Assembly: GCA_036946625.1 (NCBI GenBank)
Contig: JAQIIU010000003.1
Coordinates: forward strand, 133,961 to 197,960
Length of the DNA: 64,000 nt
Origin: Methylorubrum populi
Lineage (GTDB): Bacteria > Pseudomonadota > Alphaproteobacteria > Rhizobiales > Beijerinckiaceae
Direction: 5' to 3'
A program made the position numbers and the translations under genes. This document shows positions 49,536 to 59,041 of this stretch, piece by piece. The first letter of the stretch is position 1. Each line of letters opens with the position of its first letter. The notes beneath the pieces were generated by a model, which was given only the letters and a program-made list of their open reading frames with translations, was not told the origin of the DNA and searched no databases.

Positions 49536-49630
49536 CGTCATGGCGCGGCGAAGCCGAAGCCATCCGGGGCGCTGCTCTTATCCGAAAAGGTCGCGCGGCT
49601 GGATCGCTTCGCCTCCGCTCGCGATGACGG
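49536..49630. repeat. Palindromic repeat family, copy C (immediately downstream of ung)
   Basis: CGTCATGGCGCGGCGAAGCCGAAGCCATCCGG ... CTGGATCGCTTCGCCTCCGCTCGCGATGACGG. Confidence 0.75.
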
Positions 49631-49654
49631 GGATCGATGCGATCGGCCGCCCAC

Positions 49655-50365
49655 CTATCGCAGCCGCCAAGCGATCGGCGCGCGGCCGTGGGCTTCGAGC
49701 CATTCGTTCGCCCGCGCGAACGGCCGCGAGCCCGGAAAGTCCCGGGCCCGGTTGAGCGGCGAGGGGTGGCCGGAGGCGACGATGCCGTGGCGCGACCCGT
49801 CGATCAGCGCCTCGCGGGCGCGGGCCTGGGCGCCCCAGAGCAGGAACACCGCCGGTGCGTCCCGGGCCGACACGGCGGCCACCGCCTCGTCGGTGAGCCG
49901 CGCCCAGCCGAGCCGCAGATGCGCCCCGGCCTTGCCCGCCTCCACCGTGAGCGCCGTGTTGAGCAGCAGCACCCCGCGCTCGGCCCAAGGGGACAGATCG
50001 CCGGACAGGTCGCCGGTGGAGCGATCGGGCTTGCCCTCCTGAGGGATCAGTTCGGCCAGGATCACCTTGAGCGAGGCCGGCAGGCGGCGCCCGCCGACAT
50101 AGGAGAAGGCCAGCCCGTTGGCGTCGCCCGGCGTCGGGTAGGGATCCTGGCCGAGGATCACCGCCTTCACCGTCGGCAGCGGGGTCAGCGTCAGGGCCCG
50201 GAAGATCGCGGAGGGCTCCGGCAGCACCCGCGCCCCGGCCGCGACGCGCTCATCGACCCGCTTCGCGACCCGATCCGCCGCGCCCTCCGCGAAGAAGGGC
50301 AGGGCGAGCCAGGGGGAGCCGCTGGCGCGGAACGCTTCGAGCGCGGCTTCGACGGGTCCGGTCAT
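49655..50365 (-). CDS. ung: Uracil-DNA glycosylase (family 1-like)
   Basis: VILGQDPYPTPGDANGLAFS and GHPSPLNRARDFPGSRPFARANEWL parallel the UNG motifs GQDPYH and HPSPLS. Start taken at MTGPVEA (ATG 50365). Confidence 0.85.
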   Translation of the reverse strand: MTGPVEAALEAFRASGSPWLALPFFAEGAADRVAKRVDERVAAGARVLPEPSAIFRALTLTPLPTVKAVILGQDPYPTPGDANGLAFSYVGGRRLPASLKVILAELIPQEGKPDRSTGDLSGDLSPWAERGVLLLNTALTVEAGKAGAHLRLGWARLTDEAVAAVSARDAPAVFLLWGAQARAREALIDGSRHGIVASGHPSPLNRARDFPGSRPFARANEWLEAHGRAPIAWRLR

Positions 50366-50425
50366 GCGAGCACCGATCATGCTGTTTGCGGTGAATGGGT
50401 TCGGATGCGGGGAGACCCCGCTTTC

Positions 50426-50540
50426 CGTCATGGCGAGCCGTCAGGCGATCCTGCCGGCGAATGGGTTTCGGAATGACGCAACGTGCCTCGTCCGGCCTGC
50501 GTCGCGCCCTGGATTGCTCGGCTTCGCCTCGCAATGACGG
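50426..50540. repeat. Palindromic repeat family, copy D (immediately upstream of ung)
   Basis: CGTCATGGCGAGCCGTCAGGCGATCCTGCC ... CCTGGATTGCTCGGCTTCGCCTCGCAATGACGG. Confidence 0.75.
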
Positions 50541-50997
50541 AGAACTGTCCCGAAAGGGCGACCGGGCACCGGGGCAGAGCATCCCGGATGCGGGCCTCCG
50601 TCTCGGCCGGCAGCGGCGAACGGGTGCGGAGACAGGCCATCACCTCGTTGGCGAGGAGCTTGCCATCGTTGCCGCCGATCAGGACTCGGCCTCTTGCGAA
50701 TATCCCGTAATTTGCGCGTATCCCGTAATCGTTGCCGCCGCGCAGCATGAAATCGTTGGCCGCCACGCGATAGGTGCGGGCATCCTCCAGCGGGGCACCG
50801 CCGACGGTCGCCGACACGACGCGCCGGCCCGGCGGTGCGTTCGGGTCCAGGGTCACCGTCATTCCGGAGACTTGCAGGAACCGGCCGGACGGGCGGCCGA
50901 GATCCCGAAAACCGTTCTCCAGGGCCGCGCGCAGAGTCGCCCCGTCGATCGCCACGAGCACGGTGGTGTTGCCGACGATCGCTCCAATCCCCGGCAT
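50428..50997 (-). pseudogene. Remnant of a 5'-nucleotidase/UshA-type C-terminal domain
   Basis: LQVSGMTVTLDPNAPPGRRVVSATVGGAPLEDARTYRVAANDFMLRGGNDY resembles the 5'-nucleotidase C-terminal domain (LQVSG..Y....G.RV....V.G.PLD....Y.VA.N.F...GGDGY). There is no N-terminal metallophosphatase domain, and the ORF runs on into repeat copy D. Confidence 0.5.
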
Positions 50998-51174
50998 CCT
51001 CGTGGCCCGGCGCCCGCGGGCTTGCGCCGAACGTCGAGCCCGGGTCTTCGCGCGGTGTGACGATGCGCCGCCGCCTGTCGGCGGCTCAGGTTTCACGCGC
51101 CGAGGAGCGCGAGCGGGCGTCGCCCCGCCATCGTCCTCATCACGGGCGCCGGACGCCCCCCTCCCGGATACCGT

Positions 51175-51345
51175 GATCCTGTGATACAGGCTTCAAGTAA
51201 TTATTGGATACTTTGAAGTATAGATACCTGTGGTCCCGATTTATGATTTCTTGTCGAGCAATTTCCATCCGTTAACTGAGTTTTTGATAATTGCCCCAAT
51301 TCTCGAATCCGAAATTGGCGCGAATGTCACGACGTCGGAGAGGGC
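51175..51345. promoter_or_regulatory. Sharply AT-rich spacer upstream of cheA, probably the promoter/operator region
   Basis: GTGATACAGGCTTCAAGTAATTATTGGATACTTTGAAGTATAGATACCTGTGG...TTTATGATTTCTTGTCGAGCAATTTCCATCCGTTAACTGAGTTTTTGATAATTGCC. It contains the inverted repeat CTTCAAGTA/TACTTTGAAG and the palindrome CCTGTgataCAGG. Confidence 0.4.
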
Positions 51346-51453
51346 CATGCAAGCGCAGCATATGATCCCGGCGCCTCCGGCCGCGCGGTGCCGGCACAGC
51401 GCGTCGGCGATCCGCCGCCCCGTCCCCCTCGTCACCCTGCGGCAGGTGCGCGC

Positions 51454-53484
51454 ATGAGCAGCCTCGATCCCGTCGACATCTTCCGCACGGAGGCTGCCGA
51501 GCTCCTCGAATGCCTGGAGACGACCCTGCTCGACCTCGGCGCGAGGTCGCAGGACCGGGTGCTGGTCGACACGGCCTTCCGCGCGCTGCACACCCTCAAG
51601 GGGTCCGGCGCGATGTTCGGCTTCGACCGCGTGGCGGCCTTCACCCACGACTTCGAGACCGCCTTCGACCTCGTCCGGCAGGGGCGGGTGCCGGCGAGCC
51701 TCGACCTCGTGAACGTGGCGCTGTCGGCGAAGGACTACATCCGGGCACTGATCGAGACCCCGGACGACGCCGAGCCGATCATCGGCCAGTCGATCCTGGC
51801 CGATCTCCAGGTGCTGGTGGAGCGGACTGGCCGCGATGCCTCCGAGAGCGGCCCGCAGGCCGATCCCCCGTCCGTGGACAAGCCGGCGGCTGCGCCCTCG
51901 GACATCCGCCGCGGCTGGCAGGTCGGCATCGCCTTCGCCCCCGACATCCTGCGCAACGGCAGCAACCCGCTCGCCCTGCTCGACGACCTGCAGGCGCTCG
52001 GCGACTGCACCGTGGTGCCCCGCCTCGACGGCGTTCCCGAGCTCGAGGCCCTCGATCCCGAGGCGCTCGCGATCGGCTGGGACGTCACGCTGCGCGGCGA
52101 CGTGCCCCGCGAGGCGATCGAGGACGTGTTCCTGTTCGTCATGGAGGAGATGACCCTCACGCTCACGGCGCTCGAGGAGGGGCCCGCCGTGCCGGCCGAA
52201 CCGCCGCCGGCCGATCCCGGCGTGCCGCCCGCCGCCGCGCCCGCGCCCGCGCGAACCCCGACGGAGGAGCGCGCCGAACCCCGCAAGGCCGAGGACAGGA
52301 GTCCGGACAAGGTCTCCTCGACGATCCGCATCCAGGCCGAGCGCCTGGACGAGCTGATGGACCGGGTCGGCGAGCTGGTGATCGCCCAGGCACGGCTCAG
52401 CCAGCTCGCGGGCCTCAGGACCGATGCCGCGATCAACGCGATCGCGGAGGAGATCGAGCGCCTCGCCTCGGGCCTGCGCGACACCACGATGGGCATCCGC
52501 ATGGTGCCGATCGGCTCGCTGTTCGGCCGCTTCCGGCGCTTGGTCCACGATCTCTCGCGCGACCTCGGCAAGCCCGTCGCGTTCGTCACCGTCGGCGAGG
52601 ACACCGAGCTCGACAAGACCATGATCGAGCGCCTCGCCGACCCCCTCGTGCACCTCATCCGCAACGCGATCGACCACGGCATCGAGTCCCCCGCACGGCG
52701 GACCGAGCGCGGCAAGGACGCCACCGGCCGCATCGAGCTGAGGGCCGAGCACGTCGGTGCGCAGGTCCTGGTCACGGTGCGCGACGACGGCGACGGCCTC
52801 GACGCCGCCCGCATCCGGGCCAAGGCCGAGGAGAACGGGCTCCTGGCACCGGGCGCCGTCCTCACGGACCAGGAGATCTACCAGTTCCTGTTCGCGCCGG
52901 GCTTCTCGACCGCGAAGGAGGTCTCGGCGCTCTCCGGGCGCGGCGTCGGCATGGACGTGGTCAAGCGGACCATCGAGGCGATGCGCGGCTCGATCGACCT
53001 CGCGACGGAGCCCGGCGCCGGCTCGACGGTGACGCTGCGGCTGCCGCTGACGCTGGCGATCATCGAGGGACTGCTGATCCGGGTCGGCGAGGGACGCTAC
53101 GTCATCCCCCTCTCGGCGGTGGAGGAATGCGTCGAGCTGCCCCCCGCCGACCGGGCGGCGGGAGGGGCGAGCTTCCTCAACGTCCGGGGCGACCTCGTCC
53201 CTTACCTGCGGCTGCGGAGCCTGTTCGGCGACGCGGACAGTGCCGAGCCTTACCAGAAGGTCATCATCACCTCGGTCAACGGCGACCGGGTCGGCTTCGT
53301 CGCCGACCAGATCATCGGCAGCCACCAGACGGTGATCAAGTCGCTCTCGAAGCTGCACGCGGACGTCGCGATGTTTTCCGGGGCGACCATCCTGGGCGAC
53401 GGCAGCGCCGCCCTGATCCTCGACATTCCGCAGCTCGTGGCGGCCGGCCAGGCCGCCGGCCGCGACCGGCAGGAGGCCGCCTGA
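51454..53484 (+). CDS. cheA: Chemotaxis histidine kinase CheA
   Basis: Hpt domain ([16 protein letters not shown]), HATPase ([23 protein letters not shown]) and a C-terminal CheW-like domain. No receiver domain. Confidence 0.9.
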   Translation: MSSLDPVDIFRTEAAELLECLETTLLDLGARSQDRVLVDTAFRALHTLKGSGAMFGFDRVAAFTHDFETAFDLVRQGRVPASLDLVNVALSAKDYIRALIETPDDAEPIIGQSILADLQVLVERTGRDASESGPQADPPSVDKPAAAPSDIRRGWQVGIAFAPDILRNGSNPLALLDDLQALGDCTVVPRLDGVPELEALDPEALAIGWDVTLRGDVPREAIEDVFLFVMEEMTLTLTALEEGPAVPAEPPPADPGVPPAAAPAPARTPTEERAEPRKAEDRSPDKVSSTIRIQAERLDELMDRVGELVIAQARLSQLAGLRTDAAINAIAEEIERLASGLRDTTMGIRMVPIGSLFGRFRRLVHDLSRDLGKPVAFVTVGEDTELDKTMIERLADPLVHLIRNAIDHGIESPARRTERGKDATGRIELRAEHVGAQVLVTVRDDGDGLDAARIRAKAEENGLLAPGAVLTDQEIYQFLFAPGFSTAKEVSALSGRGVGMDVVKRTIEAMRGSIDLATEPGAGSTVTLRLPLTLAIIEGLLIRVGEGRYVIPLSAVEECVELPPADRAAGGASFLNVRGDLVPYLRLRSLFGDADSAEPYQKVIITSVNGDRVGFVADQIIGSHQTVIKSLSKLHADVAMFSGATILGDGSAALILDIPQLVAAGQAAGRDRQEAA

Positions 53485-53927
53485 TGGACGCGCAGAACGG
53501 GACCGTCCAGGTCCTCATGGTCGGCATCGCCGACGAGATCTTCGCCATCGACGCCGGGATGGTGCGCGAGATCATCGATCCCATCCCCCCGACGCGGGTC
53601 GCGGGCGCACGGCCGCACCTCGCCGCGCTGGTGAACGTGCGCGGCAACATCGTTCCGCTGGCGGACCTGCGGGTGCGGTTCGGGATGCCCGCGCGGGGGG
53701 CGACCTCCGACACCCGCATCGTCGTGATCGAGCTGCCGATCGACGGCGATCCGGTCTTCGTCGGCCTCACCGCCGACAAGGTGCACGAGGTCACGGAGAT
53801 CTCGGGTGCCGCGGCGCAGCAGATTCCCCGGGTGGGGATGGCGATCCCTCCGGAATTCATCCGGGCGATCGTGAAGTGGAACGACGCGTTCGTCATCGCT
53901 CCGGATCTGGAGCGGATCCTCAATTGA
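53484..53927 (+). CDS. cheW: Chemotaxis coupling protein CheW
   Basis: [14 protein letters not shown]...[14 protein letters not shown]... The start overlaps the cheA stop (TGATG). Confidence 0.85.
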   Translation: MDAQNGTVQVLMVGIADEIFAIDAGMVREIIDPIPPTRVAGARPHLAALVNVRGNIVPLADLRVRFGMPARGATSDTRIVVIELPIDGDPVFVGLTADKVHEVTEISGAAAQQIPRVGMAIPPEFIRAIVKWNDAFVIAPDLERILN

Positions 53928-53950
53928 CGGTTGTTCGAAGGAGCGGAGCC

Positions 53951-56161
53951 ATGAGAGTCACGGTCAAGTCGAAACTCGCCGGCGCCTTCGGCGTCGTGCT
54001 GCTGCTCTCCGCGGCAGCGGGGGGACTCAGCTACGTCAAGCTGTCCGAGCTGGCCGCGAGCCAGGGCGTCCTCACCGGGAAGGCCGAGCGGGTCGCCCGG
54101 ATCTCGGACCTGCAGAACCTCCTCAACACGACCGCCCGGACGGAGAAAAACATCATCCTCGAGACCGAGCCGACGCGGCTCGACGCCTTCAGCGCCGATC
54201 TCGCCGCGGCGCGCAAGGATCTCGCCAGGGTCAAGGATGAGCTCGAGCGGACGGCCAGCGCCGAAGACAAGCGCGCGCTCGACACCGTGTCGGAGAAGAT
54301 CGGCAGCCTGTTCAAGGTGCAGGACGAGACCGTCCGCAACGGACGGCTGAACTCGAACGCCCGAGCCTTCCAGCTCTGGCAGAGCGAGACGATGGTGGCG
54401 ATCAAGAGCATGAACGAGGCGGTCGACGGCCTCGTGGCCGGCCTGATCAAGCCCGGCGCGGGCGAGGAACATCTGCGGGTCGCGCTGGCGTTCGGCCAGG
54501 CCCGCGAGACCTGGCTGCGCTACACGCGCCTGGTCATGATGATGCTCAGCGCGGCCTCGCTTCCCGAGCTGCAGGAGGCCCTCAGAACGGCGCAGCAGGG
54601 CGCCGCCGCCTTTTCGGCCGAGCTTGCCAAGGCCGTCGCGGCGGCGAACGCCAGCGGCGTGTCCGCGACCGCGGCCGCGGCCAGCTACGAGCGGGCCCTC
54701 GCCTCGGCGGCGCGGGTCGTCTCGATCGCCGCGGAAGGCGGCAATCTGAAGGCCCAGGACCTCACGATGGGCGAGGGCCGCATCAGCCTCGTCGCCGCGA
54801 TCGGCGCCCTCGACGAGTACGCCGGCGCCGTCAGGCACCAGATGGACGTCGTGGCCAAGGCCAGCGCGGCCGAGGCGGAGAGCGCGAAGCTGCTCCTGAC
54901 CACCATGCTCCTCGCGTCCCTGCTGATCGCGGTCGCGGCGGCGACCTGGATCGCGCTTTCGATCAGCCGCGGCCTCGGCCGGGCGGTGGGTCTCGCCAAC
55001 GCGGTCGCCCTCGGCGACCTCAGCCAGACGCTGCCCGTGACCTCGAAGGACGAGATCGGCGACCTCGTCACCGCGCTCAACGCGATGACCCAGAACCTCA
55101 ACGCGACGGCCGCGGTGGCAGACGAGATCGCGTCCGGCAACCTGACGGTCGAGGCCCGGCCGATGTCGGGCAAGGACACCCTCGGCATCGCGCTCGAGAA
55201 GATGCTCGTCAAGCTACGCGAGGTCGTGTCGGAGGCGGTGGCGGCGGCGGAGAACGTCTCGTCGGGCTCCCAGGAGCTGTCGGCCTCCGCCGAGCAGCTG
55301 TCGCAGGGCTCGACCGAGCAGGCGTCATCGACGGAAGAGGCTTCGGCCTCGATGGAAGAGATGGCCGCCAACGTGAAGCAGAACGCCGAGAATGCCAGCC
55401 GGACCGAGACCATCGCGCATCAGTCGGCCAAGGACGCAGAGGCGAGCGGGGCGGCCGTCGGCCGGGCAGTCGAGGCGATGCAGACGATCGCACAGAAGAT
55501 CACCATCGTGCAGGAGATCGCCCGCCAGACCGACCTCCTGGCGCTCAACGCCGCCGTCGAGGCGGCCCGGGCCGGCGAGCACGGCCGCGGCTTCGCGGTG
55601 GTGGCCTCGGAGGTGCGCAAGCTCGCCGAGCGAAGCCAGGCGGCGGCCGCCGAGATCGGCACCCTGTCGACCGACACGGTGAAGGCGGCACGGGAGGCCG
55701 GCGACATGCTGGGCAAGCTCGTCCCCGACATCAAGAGGACGGCCGAGCTCGTGGAGGAGATCACCGCCGCCTGCCGCGAGCAGGACGTGGGCTCCAATCA
55801 GATCAACCAGGCGATCCAGCAGCTCGACAAGGTGACGCAGCAGAACGCCAGCGCCTCCGAGCAGGTGTCGGCGACCTCCGAGGAGCTGGCCACGCAGGCC
55901 GAGAACCTCCAGGCGACGATCGCCTACTTCCGGATCGACGAGGGGGGCAAGGCCACCGACAAGGCCACCGACGCGGCCGTGGCGCAGTTGCGCCGGACGG
56001 CGGCGCGGATGGCGCCGCCTCCGATCACCGCCAAGGCCTCGGTGAAGTCGCCGGTGGCCAAGCGCGGCCGGCGGCCCGCCGAGGCGATCGGCGGCGGCTT
56101 CGCCCTCGACATGGGGCCCGGCGGGGACGAGCAGGACGCCGACTTCCGCCGCGCCTCCTGA
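53951..56161 (+). CDS. Methyl-accepting chemotaxis protein with a large (about 290 aa) helical sensor domain between TM1 and TM2
   Basis: TM1, long helical region, TM2, HAMP, then the conserved signalling hairpin ([41 protein letters not shown]). RBS is GAAGGAG. Confidence 0.9.
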   Translation: MRVTVKSKLAGAFGVVLLLSAAAGGLSYVKLSELAASQGVLTGKAERVARISDLQNLLNTTARTEKNIILETEPTRLDAFSADLAAARKDLARVKDELERTASAEDKRALDTVSEKIGSLFKVQDETVRNGRLNSNARAFQLWQSETMVAIKSMNEAVDGLVAGLIKPGAGEEHLRVALAFGQARETWLRYTRLVMMMLSAASLPELQEALRTAQQGAAAFSAELAKAVAAANASGVSATAAAASYERALASAARVVSIAAEGGNLKAQDLTMGEGRISLVAAIGALDEYAGAVRHQMDVVAKASAAEAESAKLLLTTMLLASLLIAVAAATWIALSISRGLGRAVGLANAVALGDLSQTLPVTSKDEIGDLVTALNAMTQNLNATAAVADEIASGNLTVEARPMSGKDTLGIALEKMLVKLREVVSEAVAAAENVSSGSQELSASAEQLSQGSTEQASSTEEASASMEEMAANVKQNAENASRTETIAHQSAKDAEASGAAVGRAVEAMQTIAQKITIVQEIARQTDLLALNAAVEAARAGEHGRGFAVVASEVRKLAERSQAAAAEIGTLSTDTVKAAREAGDMLGKLVPDIKRTAELVEEITAACREQDVGSNQINQAIQQLDKVTQQNASASEQVSATSEELATQAENLQATIAYFRIDEGGKATDKATDAAVAQLRRTAARMAPPPITAKASVKSPVAKRGRRPAEAIGGGFALDMGPGGDEQDADFRRAS

Positions 56162-56270
56162 CGCCCCGTGCGGGGCGCCGGCCGCGCGGATAACCTCCGC
56201 GGCCGGCGCCCATAGACGACTCCATCAAGCTTTGGACCCCAGACTGGGCGCGCCGCGTCCGGAGGAGCCG

Positions 56271-56744
56271 ATGTCGAACCCATCCCAGTACCTCACCCTC
56301 GGGTTCGATCGCGAGACCTTCGGGATCGGCGTCGAGCACGTCCACGAGATCCTCGACATGCGGCCGATCTCGGCCCTGCCGCAGGCGCCGGAGTTCCTCG
56401 TCGGCATGATCGACGTGCGCGGGCAGAGCTATCCCGTGGTCGATCTGCGCGCCAAGCTCGGTCTGCCGCCCGCGGCGGCGACCGCGGCGACGCGGATCAT
56501 CCTGCTCAACGTGCCGCTGAAGGGGCGCGCGGTCCCGGTGGGCTTCATCGCCGACCGGGTGTTCGAGGTCACGGGCCTCGACGGCGACACCCTGGAGGCG
56601 GCCCCCGAGGTCGGCGGGCGCTGGCGCGCCAGCTACATCGCGGGCATCGGCCGCAAGGGCAGCGCCTTCGTCGTGGTCTTCGACCTCGCGTCCCTGATGG
56701 CGGGGGACGAGGCCGCCGCCCTCGTCCCCCCGCTCACCGCCTGA
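56271..56744 (+). CDS. cheW: Chemotaxis coupling protein CheW (second copy)
   Basis: FGIGVEHVHEILDMRP...IDVRGQSYPVVDLR. A GGAGGAG RBS precedes ATG 56271. Confidence 0.85.
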   Translation: MSNPSQYLTLGFDRETFGIGVEHVHEILDMRPISALPQAPEFLVGMIDVRGQSYPVVDLRAKLGLPPAAATAATRIILLNVPLKGRAVPVGFIADRVFEVTGLDGDTLEAAPEVGGRWRASYIAGIGRKGSAFVVVFDLASLMAGDEAAALVPPLTA

Positions 56745-56760
56745 GGAGCCGGGGACCGCG

Positions 56761-57603
56761 ATGCAGCCCGCCCGCGAGCACCTGAGCGAGCGCCACTACC
56801 GGTCGATCGTCGAGCTGATCGAGGGGCGGGTCGGCATCCAGCTCCCGGCGGCCAAGCGCACCATGGTCGAGGGGCGGCTGCGGCGGCGATTGCGCGCCCT
56901 CTCCCTCGACGGGCTCGGCGCCTATGGTCGCTACGTCTTCGACGAGGGGAACCTGGAGGCGGAGTTCGTCCACCTCGTCGACTGCGTGACGACGAACAAG
57001 ACCGACTTCTTCCGCGAGCCGGCGCACTTCGAGTTCCTGCGCGACCAGATCCGCGCCTGGGCCGCCGGACGAGATCGCGGACGCCCCGTCGGGCTCAAGC
57101 TGTGGAGTGCGGCCGCCTCCACCGGAGCCGAGGCCTATACCGTCGCGATGGTGATCGACGACCTGGTCCGGCAGGGCGTGCCGCTCACCTACGCGATCCT
57201 CGCGACGGACATCTCGACGGAGGTCCTGGCCACGGCGAGGGCAGGCATCTATCCCGTTGAGATGCTGGACCAGATCCCGCCCTCCTTCCGGCGGCGCTAC
57301 GTCATGGAGGCGCGCAACCCCGCCCGGCCGGTGGGACGCATCGCACCGGAACTGCGCCGCCGCGTGAACGTCCTGCGGCTGAACCTCATGGACGAGTCCT
57401 ATCCCGTGGACCGGGACGTCGACGTCGTCTTCTGCCGCAACGTCCTGATCTACTTCGACAAGCCGACGCAGCGGCAGGTGATCGGGCGGCTCGCCGACCA
57501 TCTGCGGCCCGGCGGCATCCTGATCGTCGGCCACTCCGAATCGATGGCGGGCGCGGGCGTCGGCGGTCTGCGCCAGCTCTCGCCGACCGTCTTCGGCAAA
57601 TGA
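56761..57603 (+). CDS. cheR: Chemotaxis protein methyltransferase CheR
   Basis: [29 protein letters not shown] and [11 protein letters not shown] motifs. Confidence 0.9.
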   Translation: MQPAREHLSERHYRSIVELIEGRVGIQLPAAKRTMVEGRLRRRLRALSLDGLGAYGRYVFDEGNLEAEFVHLVDCVTTNKTDFFREPAHFEFLRDQIRAWAAGRDRGRPVGLKLWSAAASTGAEAYTVAMVIDDLVRQGVPLTYAILATDISTEVLATARAGIYPVEMLDQIPPSFRRRYVMEARNPARPVGRIAPELRRRVNVLRLNLMDESYPVDRDVDVVFCRNVLIYFDKPTQRQVIGRLADHLRPGGILIVGHSESMAGAGVGGLRQLSPTVFGK

Positions 57604-58706
57604 AGGAACCGCCGCCGATGCGCCAAACCCGCCCGATCCGCGTCCTGATCGTCGACGATTCCGCCTCCGTCCGGCAGGCGCTCGTCGATATCCTGCGGCA
57701 GGCGCCCGACATCGAGGTCCTGGGCACCGCGGCCGACCCCTTCGCGGCGGCACGGCGCATCCAGGCCGAGATCCCCGACGTCATCATCCTCGACCTCGAG
57801 ATGCCGCGGATGGACGGCCTGACCTTCCTGCGCAAGATCATGGCGCAGCGGCCGATCCCGGTGATCGTCTGCTCGACCCTGACCGAGGCGGGCTCGCAGA
57901 TGCTCTTCGCGGTGCTGGAGGCGGGCGCGGTCGACGTGCTGTCCAAGCCGCGGGTCGACACGCGCCAGTTCCTGATCGAGTCCTCCATCCGCGTCTGCGA
58001 CGCGGTGCGGGCCGCGGCGCAGGCCCGGCTCGGTGCGAGGCCGCGCGCGCCTTCCCGGCTCGTCGAGGCGAAACTCTCGGCCGACGTCATGATGCCGCCG
58101 CCTGTCGCCGGCCGGGCCGTGATGCCGACCGATCGCATCGTCTGCATCGGCGTCTCGACGGGGGGGACGGAGTCCCTGCGCGACGTGCTCGAGCCCCTTC
58201 CCCGCGACTGTCCGGGCCTCGTCATCGTCCAGCACATGCCCGAGCATTTCACGGCCGCCTTCGCGAAGCGGCTCGACGGCATCTGCGGCATCACGGTCCG
58301 CGAGGCCGAGGACGGCGACGCCGTCGAGCCGGGGCGGGCGCTGATCGCGCCGGGCAGCCGTCACCTGCTCGTGCAGCGCACGGGGCGCAGCTACCGCGTC
58401 GCGGTCAAGGACGGGCCCCTCGTCTCGCGGCACCGGCCCTCGGTCGACGTGCTGTTCCGCTCCGCGGCGCAGAGTGCGGGCGGCAACGCGCTCGGCATCA
58501 TCATGACCGGTATGGGGGACGACGGCGCGACCGGGCTCCTGGAGATGCGCAAGGCGGGGGCGACGACGATCGCGCAGGACGCGGAAAGCTGCGTCGTGTT
58601 CGGCATGCCGAAAGAGGCGATCGAGCGCGGGGCGGCGACAAAGGTGCTGCCGCTCGACAGCCTCGCCAACGCGATCATTCGGTTCGGTGTCAAAGCAGCC
58701 GGGTAA
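57600..58706 (+). CDS. cheB: Chemotaxis response regulator protein-glutamate methylesterase CheB
   Basis: REC domain (IRVLIVDDS...DLEMPRMDG) and esterase domain (GVSTGGTE...VQHMP...GMGDDG). Alternative start at ATG 57618 (MRQTRP). Confidence 0.9.
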   Translation: MKEPPPMRQTRPIRVLIVDDSASVRQALVDILRQAPDIEVLGTAADPFAAARRIQAEIPDVIILDLEMPRMDGLTFLRKIMAQRPIPVIVCSTLTEAGSQMLFAVLEAGAVDVLSKPRVDTRQFLIESSIRVCDAVRAAAQARLGARPRAPSRLVEAKLSADVMMPPPVAGRAVMPTDRIVCIGVSTGGTESLRDVLEPLPRDCPGLVIVQHMPEHFTAAFAKRLDGICGITVREAEDGDAVEPGRALIAPGSRHLLVQRTGRSYRVAVKDGPLVSRHRPSVDVLFRSAAQSAGGNALGIIMTGMGDDGATGLLEMRKAGATTIAQDAESCVVFGMPKEAIERGAATKVLPLDSLANAIIRFGVKAAG

Positions 58707-58821
58707 GCAAAGCTCGACCGGCAGCCCGATCTGCTGCTCCTTCAGGATGCCGATGATCTGTTCCTCACCGAACCGGCTCTTCTTCATCGTCCGCCGCTCC
58801 TCTCGACGGACCCTGGCTTCA
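58707..58821 (-). mobile_element. IS3-family insertion sequence remnant (putative left end plus the first ~27 codons of orfA)
   Basis: MKKSRFGEEQIIGILKEQQIGLPVELC matches the conserved IS3 OrfA N-terminus (MKKSRFTEEQI..LKE). Similarity is lost exactly where cheB ends. A possible terminal repeat TGAAGCCAGGG lies at 58811-58821 on the minus strand. Confidence 0.55.
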
Positions 58822-59041
58822 GAACGAGGGCATGCCAGGGGGCAAGGTCACGGGCGATCTCGATGCGGCTGAAGATTCCTGGTTTCGCGATCGAAGTCGC
58901 CTGTTGATCAGTCATCGCAAAATCTGCCTGTCCGGCACGATTTCGCTCATCCGGCTTAACAAGCGTCATTCAAACCCGGAAAATGCTGATAATACAGCAA
59001 TTTTCTGCAATCACATTCGGTGTTCTCAGTTAAGCAGATGC

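Noticed and set aside
51175-51345. A CtrA-type (TTAA-N7-TTAAC) or other named operator in the AT-rich spacer.
   Set aside because: I scanned by eye on both strands. TTAAC occurs once (CCGTTAACTG), but no partner half-site lies at the correct spacing, so only generic inverted repeats are reported.
57450-58787. 445-aa minus-strand ORF antisense to cheB.
   Set aside because: Only the first ~27 codons resemble a real protein (IS3 OrfA). The remainder is read-through antisense to a motif-complete cheB.
58784-58969. 61-aa minus-strand ORF, and 82-aa plus-strand ORF 58832..59080, in the AT-richer spacer after the IS remnant.
   Set aside because: No RBS and no recognisable motif. They overlap the putative IS end, so they are treated as non-coding scar DNA.
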